Shown here one piece after another: positions 26,417 to 36,112 of a stretch of DNA of 53,514 nucleotides. How positions within the stretch are numbered: position 1 is the stretch's first letter; each line of letters begins with the position of its first letter. The DNA is taken from contig SYKE01000102.1 of NCBI GenBank assembly GCA_005798285.1, positions 1 to 53,514 of the forward strand, in the 5' to 3' direction. A program made the translations under genes and the position numbers. Source of the DNA: Actinomycetota bacterium. GTDB lineage: Bacteria > Armatimonadota > SYMT01. Below the pieces are notes generated by a model. That model saw nothing but the letters and a program-made list of their open reading frames with translations, was not told the origin of the DNA and ran no database searches.

Positions 26417-27751
26417 TCAGCGCAGCTTCTTCCTCGAGAGAGCGAAGGAGAGGGTCGCTGTTCCGCTCTCCGGCACCTCTACCTCCCGGATTTCGGACTG
26501 ATAGCCCTTGGCGTCCACCTGGAACTGGATCAGGCCCGCCGGGAGCCCGTCGATCTGGTAGAAGCCCTTCTTGTTGGTGAACGCCAGCAGCGGTTTCGGC
26601 GGCGGAATGATGAAGGATCCCCCATCGGGACCTCCCTGGATGAAGTAGAGCAGTGCTGTGACCTGGGCGCCCAGAATCGGCCGCTTTGTGGAGGCATCCG
26701 TCACGAAACCGTTGACGGAACCTGGAGCGATGTCCGCAGCTTCCTCCAGATTGACGCTCACCACCAGAGTTTCGCGGGGTCGCAGCGCCAGCGTGTCGAA
26801 GTAGCCCGCGGTTCCATCAAGGTAAACGGCAATCGAGGAATAGCCCGACGGCACATTCAGCGTGTATCGCCCGTTCTGGTCCGTGAGGGTCGAGAACTCC
26901 AGCCGCGGCAGCACCGTCGGCCGGGCGCCCGCGCCTTTTCCTGCCCGCACGGCGGCAGCCACTGACTTGGGGCTGACCCGGAAGGGGAAGTAGATGTCCT
27001 GAGGAAGGATGGAGACGAGCGCTCCCTCTGCCGGAGAGCCGTCCGGCGCGTTGATGACGCCGGTGACGGTGGCCACGCCCTCTTCGATCACATCGCGCAG
27101 CTCGAAGTCGATCGATGAGATATCGCCGAGCCCGACGAACGCGAACGACACGCCGGCTTCCAGGCCCGGCACGACCACGGACACTCGATACGGTCCCACA
27201 GGGACCTCGTCCATGGCGTAGAAGCCGTCCTTATCCGTGATGGCATAGAGCTTCTTGGGGAATCCCGCGGCACGCGCTTTACCCAGAAGCGGGACGGGGA
27301 AGTCGGGCTCGGCAACGACTTCCACGCCGGCGAGCGGTTCCGAATCTCCCGTGACGGGATCGATCACGTGGTAGACAGACCCCTCGATGCGGCCGCCGGA
27401 GGCCAGGAAGATCTTTCCCAGGTCGACTGTGACCCCACTCGTGATCTTCAAGGTGAAATTGACGCCGCCGCCGAGGATCTTGTCGATGATGGAGATCTCG
27501 TGCTCACCCGGCGGGAGGCCGGGCACGGTGAAGGTGCTGCCGCTCACCCGAATCCGGCGTGGCTTCCCGTCGACGAGAAACCTCAGGCCGCGGATTTCCC
27601 GCGCCGTGAATCCATCCAGGATGCCGCTCACGGCTCCTGGACGCGGCCGACGGGCCATCGCGCTGACCTGCCGAGCTGCGGCATCGTCTGCCATCCAGCT
27701 CATCGCCATGATGAGGGTCAGCAGGAGACCCAAGAATCCTCGTCGTTGCAT
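26417..27751 (-). CDS. Secreted protein with carboxypeptidase-regulatory-like (Cna-B type) beta-sandwich repeats
   Basis: Signal MQRRGFLG...; repeats G.I.G.V.....P..GA.V....TD..G.Y. Confidence 0.8.
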   Translation of the reverse strand: MQRRGFLGLLLTLIMAMSWMADDAAARQVSAMARRPRPGAVSGILDGFTAREIRGLRFLVDGKPRRIRVSGSTFTVPGLPPGEHEISIIDKILGGGVNFTLKITSGVTVDLGKIFLASGGRIEGSVYHVIDPVTGDSEPLAGVEVVAEPDFPVPLLGKARAAGFPKKLYAITDKDGFYAMDEVPVGPYRVSVVVPGLEAGVSFAFVGLGDISSIDFELRDVIEEGVATVTGVINAPDGSPAEGALVSILPQDIYFPFRVSPKSVAAAVRAGKGAGARPTVLPRLEFSTLTDQNGRYTLNVPSGYSSIAVYLDGTAGYFDTLALRPRETLVVSVNLEEAADIAPGSVNGFVTDASTKRPILGAQVTALLYFIQGGPDGGSFIIPPPKPLLAFTNKKGFYQIDGLPAGLIQFQVDAKGYQSEIREVEVPESGTATLSFALSRKKLR

Positions 27752-27816
27752 CGGAAACTCACCTTACACACAAGCAAAACCAGACACGCACCCGACGATC
27801 AGACGGGTTCGCCCTC

Positions 27817-27845
27817 TCAATTGTTTCACAATGGTGAAGAATTGA
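27817..27845. promoter_or_regulatory. Imperfect palindrome, candidate sugar-acid regulator operator
   Basis: TCAATTgtTTCACaatgGTGAAgAATTGA in the divergent intergenic region. Confidence 0.45.
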
Positions 27846-27934
27846 CGCTTCTACTTCCATCCCGGTGGGCATCGGTCCTCCGGCGAGGAATGAGGTCGGC
27901 TGTTGTTGAAAAGCGGCCCGGCAAGGGGGCACAC

Positions 27935-29068
27935 ATGCGAATCACGGACGTCAAGCCGTACCCCGTTTGGGGCGGCAACCGAAACTTCTTCTTCGTGAAG
28001 GTGGAGACCGACGACGGTCTGTACGGCATCGGGGAGGGCGGTCTCACCTGGCGAGAAAACGCCTGCGCCGAAGCCGTGAACCACCTGAAGTCGCTTCTGG
28101 TCGGGGAGGACCCCTCCCGAATCGAGCACCTCTGGCAGGTCATGTTTCGTGCGGGGTTCTTCCCGGCCGATCGGGTTATCGCCTCTGCGATCGGCGCCAT
28201 CGATATCGCTCTGTGGGATCTGAGGGGTAAGGCGCTCGGAGTGCCGGTTTACGAGCTGCTGGGCGGCAAGGTGCGAGATCGCGTGGTCTGTTATCCGCAC
28301 GTGCAGGGCGCCACGACGGAAGCCCTGGTGGCGCACAGCCGAGAACTGGTCGCAGAGGGCTGGAAGTTCCTTCGGTTCGGAGTTCCCTCACAGGGCGCTG
28401 TATTCGAGCCTGCCCGGGCCGTTCGCGACGCGGTCTCTCAGTTCGCAGCCATCCGGGAGGCGGTGGGGGACGACATTGAGATTTGCATCGATGCCCATAC
28501 CCGACTCGACCCGCCGGATGCGATCCGGCTCTGCCGGGAACTGGAGCAGTACCGCCCGTTCTTCGTCGAGGATCCGCTCCGGTGCGAAAACATGCACTCC
28601 TTTGAGGCGCTGTCTCGACACGTGGCCGTTCCTCTCGCGGCTGGAGAACAGTTCGCCACGAAATGGGAGTTCCGGGAACTCATCGAGCGTGACCTGATCC
28701 AGTACTGTCGGGTGGATCTCTGTATCTGTGCCGGAATCACAGAGTCTCGAAAGGTCGCCGGTTGGTGCGAGACGCACTACATCCCGCTCGCTCCGCACAA
28801 CCCGCTGGGGCCGGTCTCCACGGCCGCATGTCTGCACCTCGATCTGGCGACGTCCAACTTCGCCGTACAGGAACTCCCCCGCGTTCCCGGCACGATTCTG
28901 CCGGAGGTGTTTCCGAAGCAAGTCCCATTCGAGGCGGGCTACCTTCTACCGCCGACCGCGCCAGGTCTCGGCGTGGAATTCGATGAAGAGGCGGCGCGGG
29001 ATGGGGAAGTGCGCCTGGGTCACAGCCCACAGCTTCGTCGCGAAGACGGGGCCTTCACCAACTGGTAG
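27935..29068 (+). CDS. Mandelate racemase/enolase superfamily dehydratase (DgoD-like)
   Basis: AIDIALWDLRGKALGVPVYELLGG, IDAH, FFVEDP, AAGEQ, APHNP, PGLGVE. Confidence 0.9.
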   Translation: MRITDVKPYPVWGGNRNFFFVKVETDDGLYGIGEGGLTWRENACAEAVNHLKSLLVGEDPSRIEHLWQVMFRAGFFPADRVIASAIGAIDIALWDLRGKALGVPVYELLGGKVRDRVVCYPHVQGATTEALVAHSRELVAEGWKFLRFGVPSQGAVFEPARAVRDAVSQFAAIREAVGDDIEICIDAHTRLDPPDAIRLCRELEQYRPFFVEDPLRCENMHSFEALSRHVAVPLAAGEQFATKWEFRELIERDLIQYCRVDLCICAGITESRKVAGWCETHYIPLAPHNPLGPVSTAACLHLDLATSNFAVQELPRVPGTILPEVFPKQVPFEAGYLLPPTAPGLGVEFDEEAARDGEVRLGHSPQLRREDGAFTNW

Positions 29069-29130
29069 GGGATCCGGCTGACGATGGATCGGAACCGTAA
29101 GGGCGCCGTCATCGCGATGGCGCCAGGGAG

Positions 29131-30048
29131 ATGGATATGAACCTGGGCGCTCCTGTGTGGCCCTTCCAATGGAACCCACCCTACGAGGATGCCGTGCGTC
29201 GCATCGCCTCGTTGGGTTACTCTCACGTGGAACTCATCGCCTGGAACGAAACAGCGCTTACCGAGTACTACACGCCGGAGCGAATTCGATCGCTCCGAGA
29301 CTTGATGGACGGGCTCGGAGTCACGCTCTCCGAGTTTGTCTCCACCGCCGGCAAGATGGCTTCGGCCGACTCCGTCGAGCGCGGAGCGGTGGTGGAGTAC
29401 TTCAAGCGGTTCTGCCATGTCGCCCAGAGCCTCGGAACGGGGATCGTGAATACGGTCGCTCCCACTCCCTTCGGCCTGCGGCCTCCGGCGCTGAAGAACC
29501 TGCCGACCTCTCAGATCTGGACGATGGAGACGCCATCCGGCCTCGACTGGGACGCAGGCTGGAACGCTTACGTCGACACGATGGGCGAGATCATGCGAAT
29601 TGTTGAGGATGCGGGCCTGCGGTACGCGGTGGAGCCCCATCCGTACCGCTATGTGTCGAGCGTCGACGGGATGCTTCGGCTCATCGACCATGTCGGTTCG
29701 CCGGCGTTGGGCATCAACTACGATCCGAGCCACACCTTTCCGTGCGGCGATATGCCGCATGTCGCCATCTACCGTCTCGGCTCACGGGTGTTCCACTGTC
29801 ACTTCAGCGACAATGACGGCCTGACGAACGCCCATTGGCGTCCCGGCATGGGGAAGATCGACTGGAAGTCGCTGCTGCGGGCGCTGCATGAGACCGGGTT
29901 CGCCGGCACCCTGTCTATTGAACTCGAGGACGTTCCCGGCGTAGCCAACTCACAGCAAGTCGCCGGCCCCGAATTCGATCCCGAGATGGTCCTCAGCCGC
30001 GAGTACCTGAGGCTCCTCGCGTCCGAGCTGTCGGTTCCACTCGACTGA
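29131..30048 (+). CDS. Sugar phosphate isomerase/epimerase (AP_endonuc_2 TIM barrel)
   Basis: AVEPHP, NYDPSH, HCHFSDND, PGMGKIDW, LSIELE. Confidence 0.88.
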   Translation: MDMNLGAPVWPFQWNPPYEDAVRRIASLGYSHVELIAWNETALTEYYTPERIRSLRDLMDGLGVTLSEFVSTAGKMASADSVERGAVVEYFKRFCHVAQSLGTGIVNTVAPTPFGLRPPALKNLPTSQIWTMETPSGLDWDAGWNAYVDTMGEIMRIVEDAGLRYAVEPHPYRYVSSVDGMLRLIDHVGSPALGINYDPSHTFPCGDMPHVAIYRLGSRVFHCHFSDNDGLTNAHWRPGMGKIDWKSLLRALHETGFAGTLSIELEDVPGVANSQQVAGPEFDPEMVLSREYLRLLASELSVPLD

Positions 30049-30427
30049 TCACACGGACTCCGGAGAGTCTCGGGGCGAAATCGACTGCCAGGGATTCTCC
30101 GACGATCGTCCAGCCTGAGTCGACGGGCGCGTTGAGGCCCGGTGACTCGGGGTTTGCCTGACGCCGGATGGGCCAGTTCGCCGCACTGTGCCGCGGCATT
30201 GCACCAGAGCTCGTGCGAATAACGTTGCTTTGAGCGGAACAATGCCGGGCGGTGAACGAGATTCAGCACGCCGATTTTCGCGAAAAACCAACCGGACCGT
30301 TGCCAATTTCTCGGTTCAAGGAGGAGTCCCAATCGGTTCGATAAAACGTGAGGCGGGTCCAGGCGTCGAAGTGCGTAGGATCACACCCGAGGGGGACATT
30401 TCCCCGTCGTCGAGAGGCGATCACGTT

Positions 30428-33400
30428 TTGAACAAGCCTTCATCAACGGTTGGCAGACGAGGGGCCATCCGGCTTGGTGTTGGGGGAGTCGTCGCCGCTG
30501 TGCTGTTCGGGGCACTGATGGCGATCCCGTCACCGGGCGCCAGCCAGGGCCTCCCTGCTAGTTACGAGAAGCTGCCCGAAAAGACGGTGACATCGAGTCC
30601 CGTCAACGTTTCCGAGCTGGTTCGTCGATACGGACCGGTGGTCGGACGACCCGTCCCGGGGCGCAGGTTTAACCCGAAGAAGGAGTCGCAGGAGCTTCAG
30701 CTTCCGCCGAATCCGATCTTCAATCCACCGGTTCCTCTGGCCAGAGTGATGGCTCGATCTCCGAGGATCTCCACGGTGGGCGGGTTCGACGGGCTCCCCG
30801 ACCAGGGCGGCGCCCCGCCGGATGGTGGACTCGCGGTGGGTCCGGTCCACATCATCTCCGCCGGCAATTCCGCGTTCACGATCACGCCGAAGAACACGCT
30901 TGTGCCGGCAGCCGTCGTGCAGTACTCGACGTTTTTCACCGGGGAAAACCAAACGGGTGTGGATGGACTGTTCGACCCTCGCGTCGAGTACGATCCTACC
31001 ACCGACCGGTACATGATGCTGATCCTTGGGCTGGATGACACGAACCGCAAGAGCCAGGTGCTGTTCGCGGTGAGCCAGACCAACGATCCGACGGGCAACT
31101 GGCACCGGTACGCCTTCGACGTGAAGGAGTCGGAAGGCGGGATGGACCGCTGGCTCGACTACGCATCCCTTGGTTTCACCAGCGATGCGATCGTGTTCAA
31201 CGGAACCATGTTCAACTTCCCGAAGGCGACGGCGGGCGGCAGCCTGCACGCAACGGTGAGGATTTTGGACAAGGCCAAGGCTCTCTCGGGTCAACCACTC
31301 ACCCCCACGACCCTGTCGAAGTTCAACAGTAATGTTGCGGCTGAGAACACCATTCAGCCGGTCCTGACCTACGACACGGGCGTCACCACCCAGTACCTGC
31401 TCTCGGCCGCGGCCGAAGGTCAGGTCAACTTCTTCGCGATTTCGAACCTGCTGACGGCGACCCCGACGGTCAAGTACACGCCGCTCACAGTGAACACGTG
31501 GGTTACCCCGCCTGCGATGGCGCAGTCCGGCAGTGCCGTCACCCTCGACGGTGGCGACACGCGCATGCTCAACGCCGTGCTGCGAAATGGCCGGATCTGG
31601 GCGACGCACGGAATTGGCGAGAACATCGGCGGCACGGTCCGCGGTGTGGCCCGTGTGTATCGGGTCAACCCGGCCGGCGACGGCTCGGTGGAGCAGACCT
31701 TTTCGGTCAGCGATCCCGTGCTCAACCTTCACTACCCGTCACTCGACCTCGACGGCTCCGGAAACGTCTTGCTCGGCTACTCGACTGCGAACTCCGGATC
31801 TCCGGCCTCGCAGGCGGTCAGTCTGAAGAAGACCACGGACGCCAACTTCTCAGCGCCCCTGATCGTCACCCCTGGAGTTGCGGGTTACAAGCACGAGGCG
31901 GCCGACTCAAATCGCTGGGGAGACTACAGCGACACGCAGTTCGACCCTTCCGACCCGGCGAAGGTCTGGCATCTGGGGATGGTGGCAGCGACCACAGGCA
32001 CCTGGAAACTTCGTGTTGTCTCCATTCGGACAGTTGACGAGAGCATTGTGGTGACGAGCCCGAACGGTGGCGAGACGCTTCGCGTGGGCACGCCTCACAC
32101 GATCACCTGGAATGCCTCCGGTTTTTGGGACACCGGGCAATGTCAAGATCGAGCTCTCACGGGACGGTGGCACGAACTTCTCGGAAGTGATTTCCGCCTC
32201 TACCGCAAACAACGGCGCCTTCACCTTCACGCCGACTGCGCCGACGAGCAGCACGGCCCGCATCCGGGTTAGCCACCTTACGCTGACATCCATCCTGGAT
32301 GCATCCGACGCGAACTTCTCCATTCAGGACGGCAGCCTCACCGTTCAGAAGCCGGCAATGGGAGACAGCGTCAACGTGGGCAGCACCGCCACGATCAACT
32401 GGACGGCGACCGGTCTGGCTCAGACGGGCGCCACCAACGTCCTGATTGAGATCTCTCGAGATGGCGGCGCTAACTTCTCAACGCTCATCGCGAGCACAGC
32501 GAACGATGGGACGGAGAGTTTCACGGTGACCGGGCCCGCCACCACGCAGGCCAGGATCCGTGTGACCACCATCTCGATGGGTGGCACGTTCTCAGGAGTC
32601 AGCGGCGTCTTCGCCATCAAGGAGCCGGGCGTCGTGACGGTGGTTGCACCGAACGGCGGCGAGCAGATCCTCGCAGGCGCCATGACTCCGGTTCGGTGGA
32701 CGAGCTCCGGCTTCACTGGAAACGTGATCATCTCGATTTCTCGAGATGGCGGCGCCACGTTCACCACGCTGGTGTCCGATACCGATAATGACGGCGAAGA
32801 GCTGGTTGAGCTGGGTGGCCCGGCCACCACATCGGCGAGGATTCGGGTTGCGTCGATCACCGACACAGCCGCGATCGACGACAGCAACGCCAACTTCACC
32901 GTGCTGACGCAGTCCATCGAGATCACCGCGCCGCGCCTCGGTTCCGAGGTGCTGGTCGGGTCCAAGTTCAATGTCACGTGGACCACCAACGGCATTGATG
33001 CAGGGGACACGGTCACAATCGAACTGAGCCGGGACGGCGGCAAGACCTTCACCGCGCTGGCGGCCCGCACTCCCAATGACGGAACCCAGCAGGTGGAACT
33101 CAACGCGCCCACCACGGATAACGCCGTGGTCCGCATCACCTGGGATCGGAACACCGTGGTCAAGGACATGTCGCCGGCGTTCTCCATCGCGCCGCCTTCG
33201 GTCCGCCTGACGTCCCCGAATGGTGGCGAGAAGTGGACTCTGGGATCCAAGCAAGACATCACCTGGGCCGGCCCGATCCTCGGGAACGGAACCGTCACGA
33301 TCGATCTGTCGTACGACGGTGGTCGAACCTTCCTCCGAACGCTGGCTCGGGGCGTCAAAAATGACGGCACCCTGTCGGTCAAGGTTATAGGTGCGCTCAC

Positions 33401-33488
33401 CAAGAAGGCAGTCGTTCGGATCCGATGGGATCGTTCGGCCACGGTTGCCGACGTCTCGAACGCTGTGTTCGAGATTTCGAAGCGCTAA
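30428..33488 (+). pseudogene. Large secreted protein (PPD...RWGDYS domain + five Ig-like repeats) split by a +1 frameshift at ~32122-32126
   Basis: ORF1 reads ...ITWNASGF and then degrades; ORF2 continues GTPGNVKIELSRDGG. Deleting one T from GGTTTTTGGG gives one ~1019-aa ORF. Confidence 0.8.
32042..33485 (+). repeat. Five tandem ~97-aa Ig-like repeats (VTSPNGGE...I.W...V.IE.SRDGG..F...NDG)
   Basis: Units begin near 32042, 32331, 32628, 32910 and 33195. Confidence 0.8.
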
Positions 33489-33522
33489 ACGCCGCGTCGG
33501 CTGATCACAGCCAACTGAGCGA

Positions 33523-33555
33523 GGGGGAGAGCCGATCCACGGCTCTCCCTTTTTT
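33523..33555 (+). terminator. Rho-independent terminator
   Basis: GGGAGAGCCG-ATCCA-CGGCTCTCCC-TTTTTT. Confidence 0.85.
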
Positions 33556-33779
33556 CCGGGCCGGCTCCGGCCCGGAAAGCCCTCGGTCCAACCCGAGCGC
33601 CTGGCGTCGACCGATGGATTGTCGGTGCGATCGCCCTACACTGAAACGCACGCGTGTCGGATCCCACCGGACCGACCGGATCGCCCCCACCCGCCGCTCC
33701 GCGTGTGTCCTGTTCGGGATGCATGGTGGTATTCTGAGCAGTCTCCCCCAAATCGAAAGGCCTTCGACCGGGCACAACG

Positions 33780-34910
33780 ATGAAAGTCGACCGCATTCAC
33801 ATCCGAAACTTCAAGCGCTTCCAAGACTTGGAGGCGTCGTTCAGGAACGATGCGGTGGACGCCGCGGTGGGTCGCAGGCTGGTCCTGGGCGATAATGGCT
33901 CCGGAAAGACCACGTTTCTGCAGGCCGTGGCTCTGCCCCTGGCGCTTGCTACGAAGCAGATCCGGGATCTGGAGGACTTCGACTGGTCAGGATTTGTGGC
34001 GGGCAGGCACTTTCGTTGGGGACCCCCCCAGATCGAGGTGGATGTCCTCTTCACTCCCGAAGAACTCACCGCCACACAGGAAGCGGCTCTCCGGTGGGAT
34101 GAGAGCCGTTCCGCCGTCGATCGACTGGAGCGGCCTCTCATACTTCCGGGTAATTCGCCTCGAGTGCGCCTTCACCTTGACGGGGCGAGTTGCCGTGCGA
34201 ACACCCCGCAGGAGTACTTTCAGTTTTCCGGGAGATACTATGCTCGCCAACTGCTCAAGCGGGACGCATCTGTGCGCTCCCTGTTTCGATCTCTCCCGGG
34301 AGCCTTCTGGTTCGATCAGTACCGCAATCTCTCGGCGGGATACCTGCGTTCGGCGCAGCACATCCAGGGCGGAAACGGCTCGTCGGATGTGGATGCTGGG
34401 ATGTCTCAATCCCGGGTGGCCCAGGTAGTCGGGGTCGAGCAATTGAGAAAGCACCTGACCGGCTGGTGGATCGCCCAGCAATACCGGCCTGCCGACGATC
34501 CAAACAACTGGTTGACGAGGCTCGAAAGCCTCTACCAGCAGGCTTTCCCTGGGCGCTCGTTCGCGGGGCTTGAGCCGATGCCAGGGGCTGCAGCGCCATC
34601 CTCTGATGACTACTACTTCCTGTTGACAGATGGGAACCGAACGTATGATCTCGCGGAGATGTCTGCTGGAGAACAGGCAATCTTCCCCATTCTCTTCGAG
34701 TTCACACGGCTGAGCATTGCGAATTCCGTGGTCCTCATCGATGAAGTTGACCTTAACCTCCATCCCCCGGCAGCCCAGCGTCTGATCCGGCTCTTGCCCC
34801 GACTAGGTGGTGACTGCCAGTTTGTCCTGACGACCCACTCGGATGCCGTGAGCGAGGTCATCGGTCCCCACGATACCTATCGCCTGCCCGGAGGGGCGCT
34901 TTGCCTTTAG
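33780..34910 (+). CDS. ABC-type AAA_21/AAA_15-like ATPase (OLD/AbiEii/PARIS-like)
   Basis: IHIRNFKRF, GDNGSGKT, MSAGEQ, VLIDEVDLNLHP, QFVLTTHS. Confidence 0.88.
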   Translation: MKVDRIHIRNFKRFQDLEASFRNDAVDAAVGRRLVLGDNGSGKTTFLQAVALPLALATKQIRDLEDFDWSGFVAGRHFRWGPPQIEVDVLFTPEELTATQEAALRWDESRSAVDRLERPLILPGNSPRVRLHLDGASCRANTPQEYFQFSGRYYARQLLKRDASVRSLFRSLPGAFWFDQYRNLSAGYLRSAQHIQGGNGSSDVDAGMSQSRVAQVVGVEQLRKHLTGWWIAQQYRPADDPNNWLTRLESLYQQAFPGRSFAGLEPMPGAAAPSSDDYYFLLTDGNRTYDLAEMSAGEQAIFPILFEFTRLSIANSVVLIDEVDLNLHPPAAQRLIRLLPRLGGDCQFVLTTHSDAVSEVIGPHDTYRLPGGALCL

Positions 34911-34941
34911 ATCAGCTACCTTTGGCTGCGGTGCTGCACGG

Positions 34942-36075
34942 TCAGTTCTTCATGCCGGTGAGGGCGATGCCTTCGATGAAGGCTTTCTGGGCGAAGAAGA
35001 AGAGGAGCACCACCGGCAGCGTCCAGAGGGTGGATGCGGCCAGAAGGAGGGCCCACTCGCCGCTGTTGCCGCTCTGGAAGAGTCTGAGTGCGTAGGAGCC
35101 GGTCATCTTGTCGGGGCTGGAGAGATAGATCAGAGGCCCCATGAAGTCGTTCCAGGTTCCCAGGAAGTGCATGATCGCGATGGCCGCGATGGCGGGCTTG
35201 ACCAGCGGCATCATCACTCGCCAGTAGATCGTGAAGAACCCGCATCCGTCGATCTTGGCGGCGTCCTCCAACTCGTTGGGAATGGTCATCAGGAACTGGC
35301 GCATCAGGAACACGTCGAACGCGTTCGCGAAGAGGCTGGGCGCCCAGAGAGGGACCAGCGTGTCGATCCAGCCGAGCTGTCGGAAAATCAGAAATCGCGG
35401 GATCATCGTGACCGCGCCGGGAAGCATCATCGTTCCCAACAGCACGCTGAAGAGGATGTTGCGGCCCGGCCAGCGCAGTCGCGCGAAGCTGAACGCCACA
35501 AGGGTACTCGAGAACAGCATTGCCGCCATGGAGAGCGCGGTGACCTCGAGCGTGTTCATCACGAACAGGCTTCCGAAGCCGGTGGAGATGCGGCCCAGCA
35601 CGACTTCAAGGAACCGAAACGTCTTCGGATAGTTTCCCCACATAATCGGGTTGGGAAGCCCGGTGGGATCCGTAAAGATCCGATCATCCGCCTTGAGCGA
35701 GGTGAGGACCATCCACGCGTAGGGGAGCGCGAAGAAGATGCATCCCGTCGCCAGCGCCAGGTGCAGCGTGATCTGTCGTGCGTCTTCGGCTCGCTTCCCG
35801 ACGCGTTCCCGGTCGGTGGCTCGTCGCCAGAACCCCGCGAAGTAACCCCCGGCGGCGGCGGCAGCCGCCGCCGCGGCGGCGATGCAGCGCGCTTCGGCGG
35901 CCCCGGGCATGGATGTTGCGAGCATCGCCGCCACGGCCGCTCCCACCAGCAAGACTCCGCCGCCGACCGCTTGCCGTCCGCGGATCGCATCCACCAACAT
36001 TCGCAGCCAGAGCCACGCCGCAGCATACAAACTTGCCGCGGTGGCCAGGAAGAGCAGGGCTTGAAGTCCAGGCAT
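34942..36075 (-). CDS. Carbohydrate ABC permease (MalG-like) with extra N-terminal TM helices
   Basis: IPNELEDAAKIDGCG EAA motif; WNDFMGPLIY. Confidence 0.92.
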   Translation of the reverse strand: MPGLQALLFLATAASLYAAAWLWLRMLVDAIRGRQAVGGGVLLVGAAVAAMLATSMPGAAEARCIAAAAAAAAAAGGYFAGFWRRATDRERVGKRAEDARQITLHLALATGCIFFALPYAWMVLTSLKADDRIFTDPTGLPNPIMWGNYPKTFRFLEVVLGRISTGFGSLFVMNTLEVTALSMAAMLFSSTLVAFSFARLRWPGRNILFSVLLGTMMLPGAVTMIPRFLIFRQLGWIDTLVPLWAPSLFANAFDVFLMRQFLMTIPNELEDAAKIDGCGFFTIYWRVMMPLVKPAIAAIAIMHFLGTWNDFMGPLIYLSSPDKMTGSYALRLFQSGNSGEWALLLAASTLWTLPVVLLFFFAQKAFIEGIALTGMKN

Positions 36076-36112
36076 CGTTACGCGAACTCCTCGACGGATG
36101 ACGGAACGACAC

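Noticed and set aside
33556-33779. Retron msr-msd upstream of the ATPase
   Set aside because: No reverse transcriptase in the window and no clear a1/a2 inverted repeats
34901-35095. 64-aa ORF as the ATPase partner
   Set aside because: Most of it is antisense to the ABC permease; at best a start-site remnant
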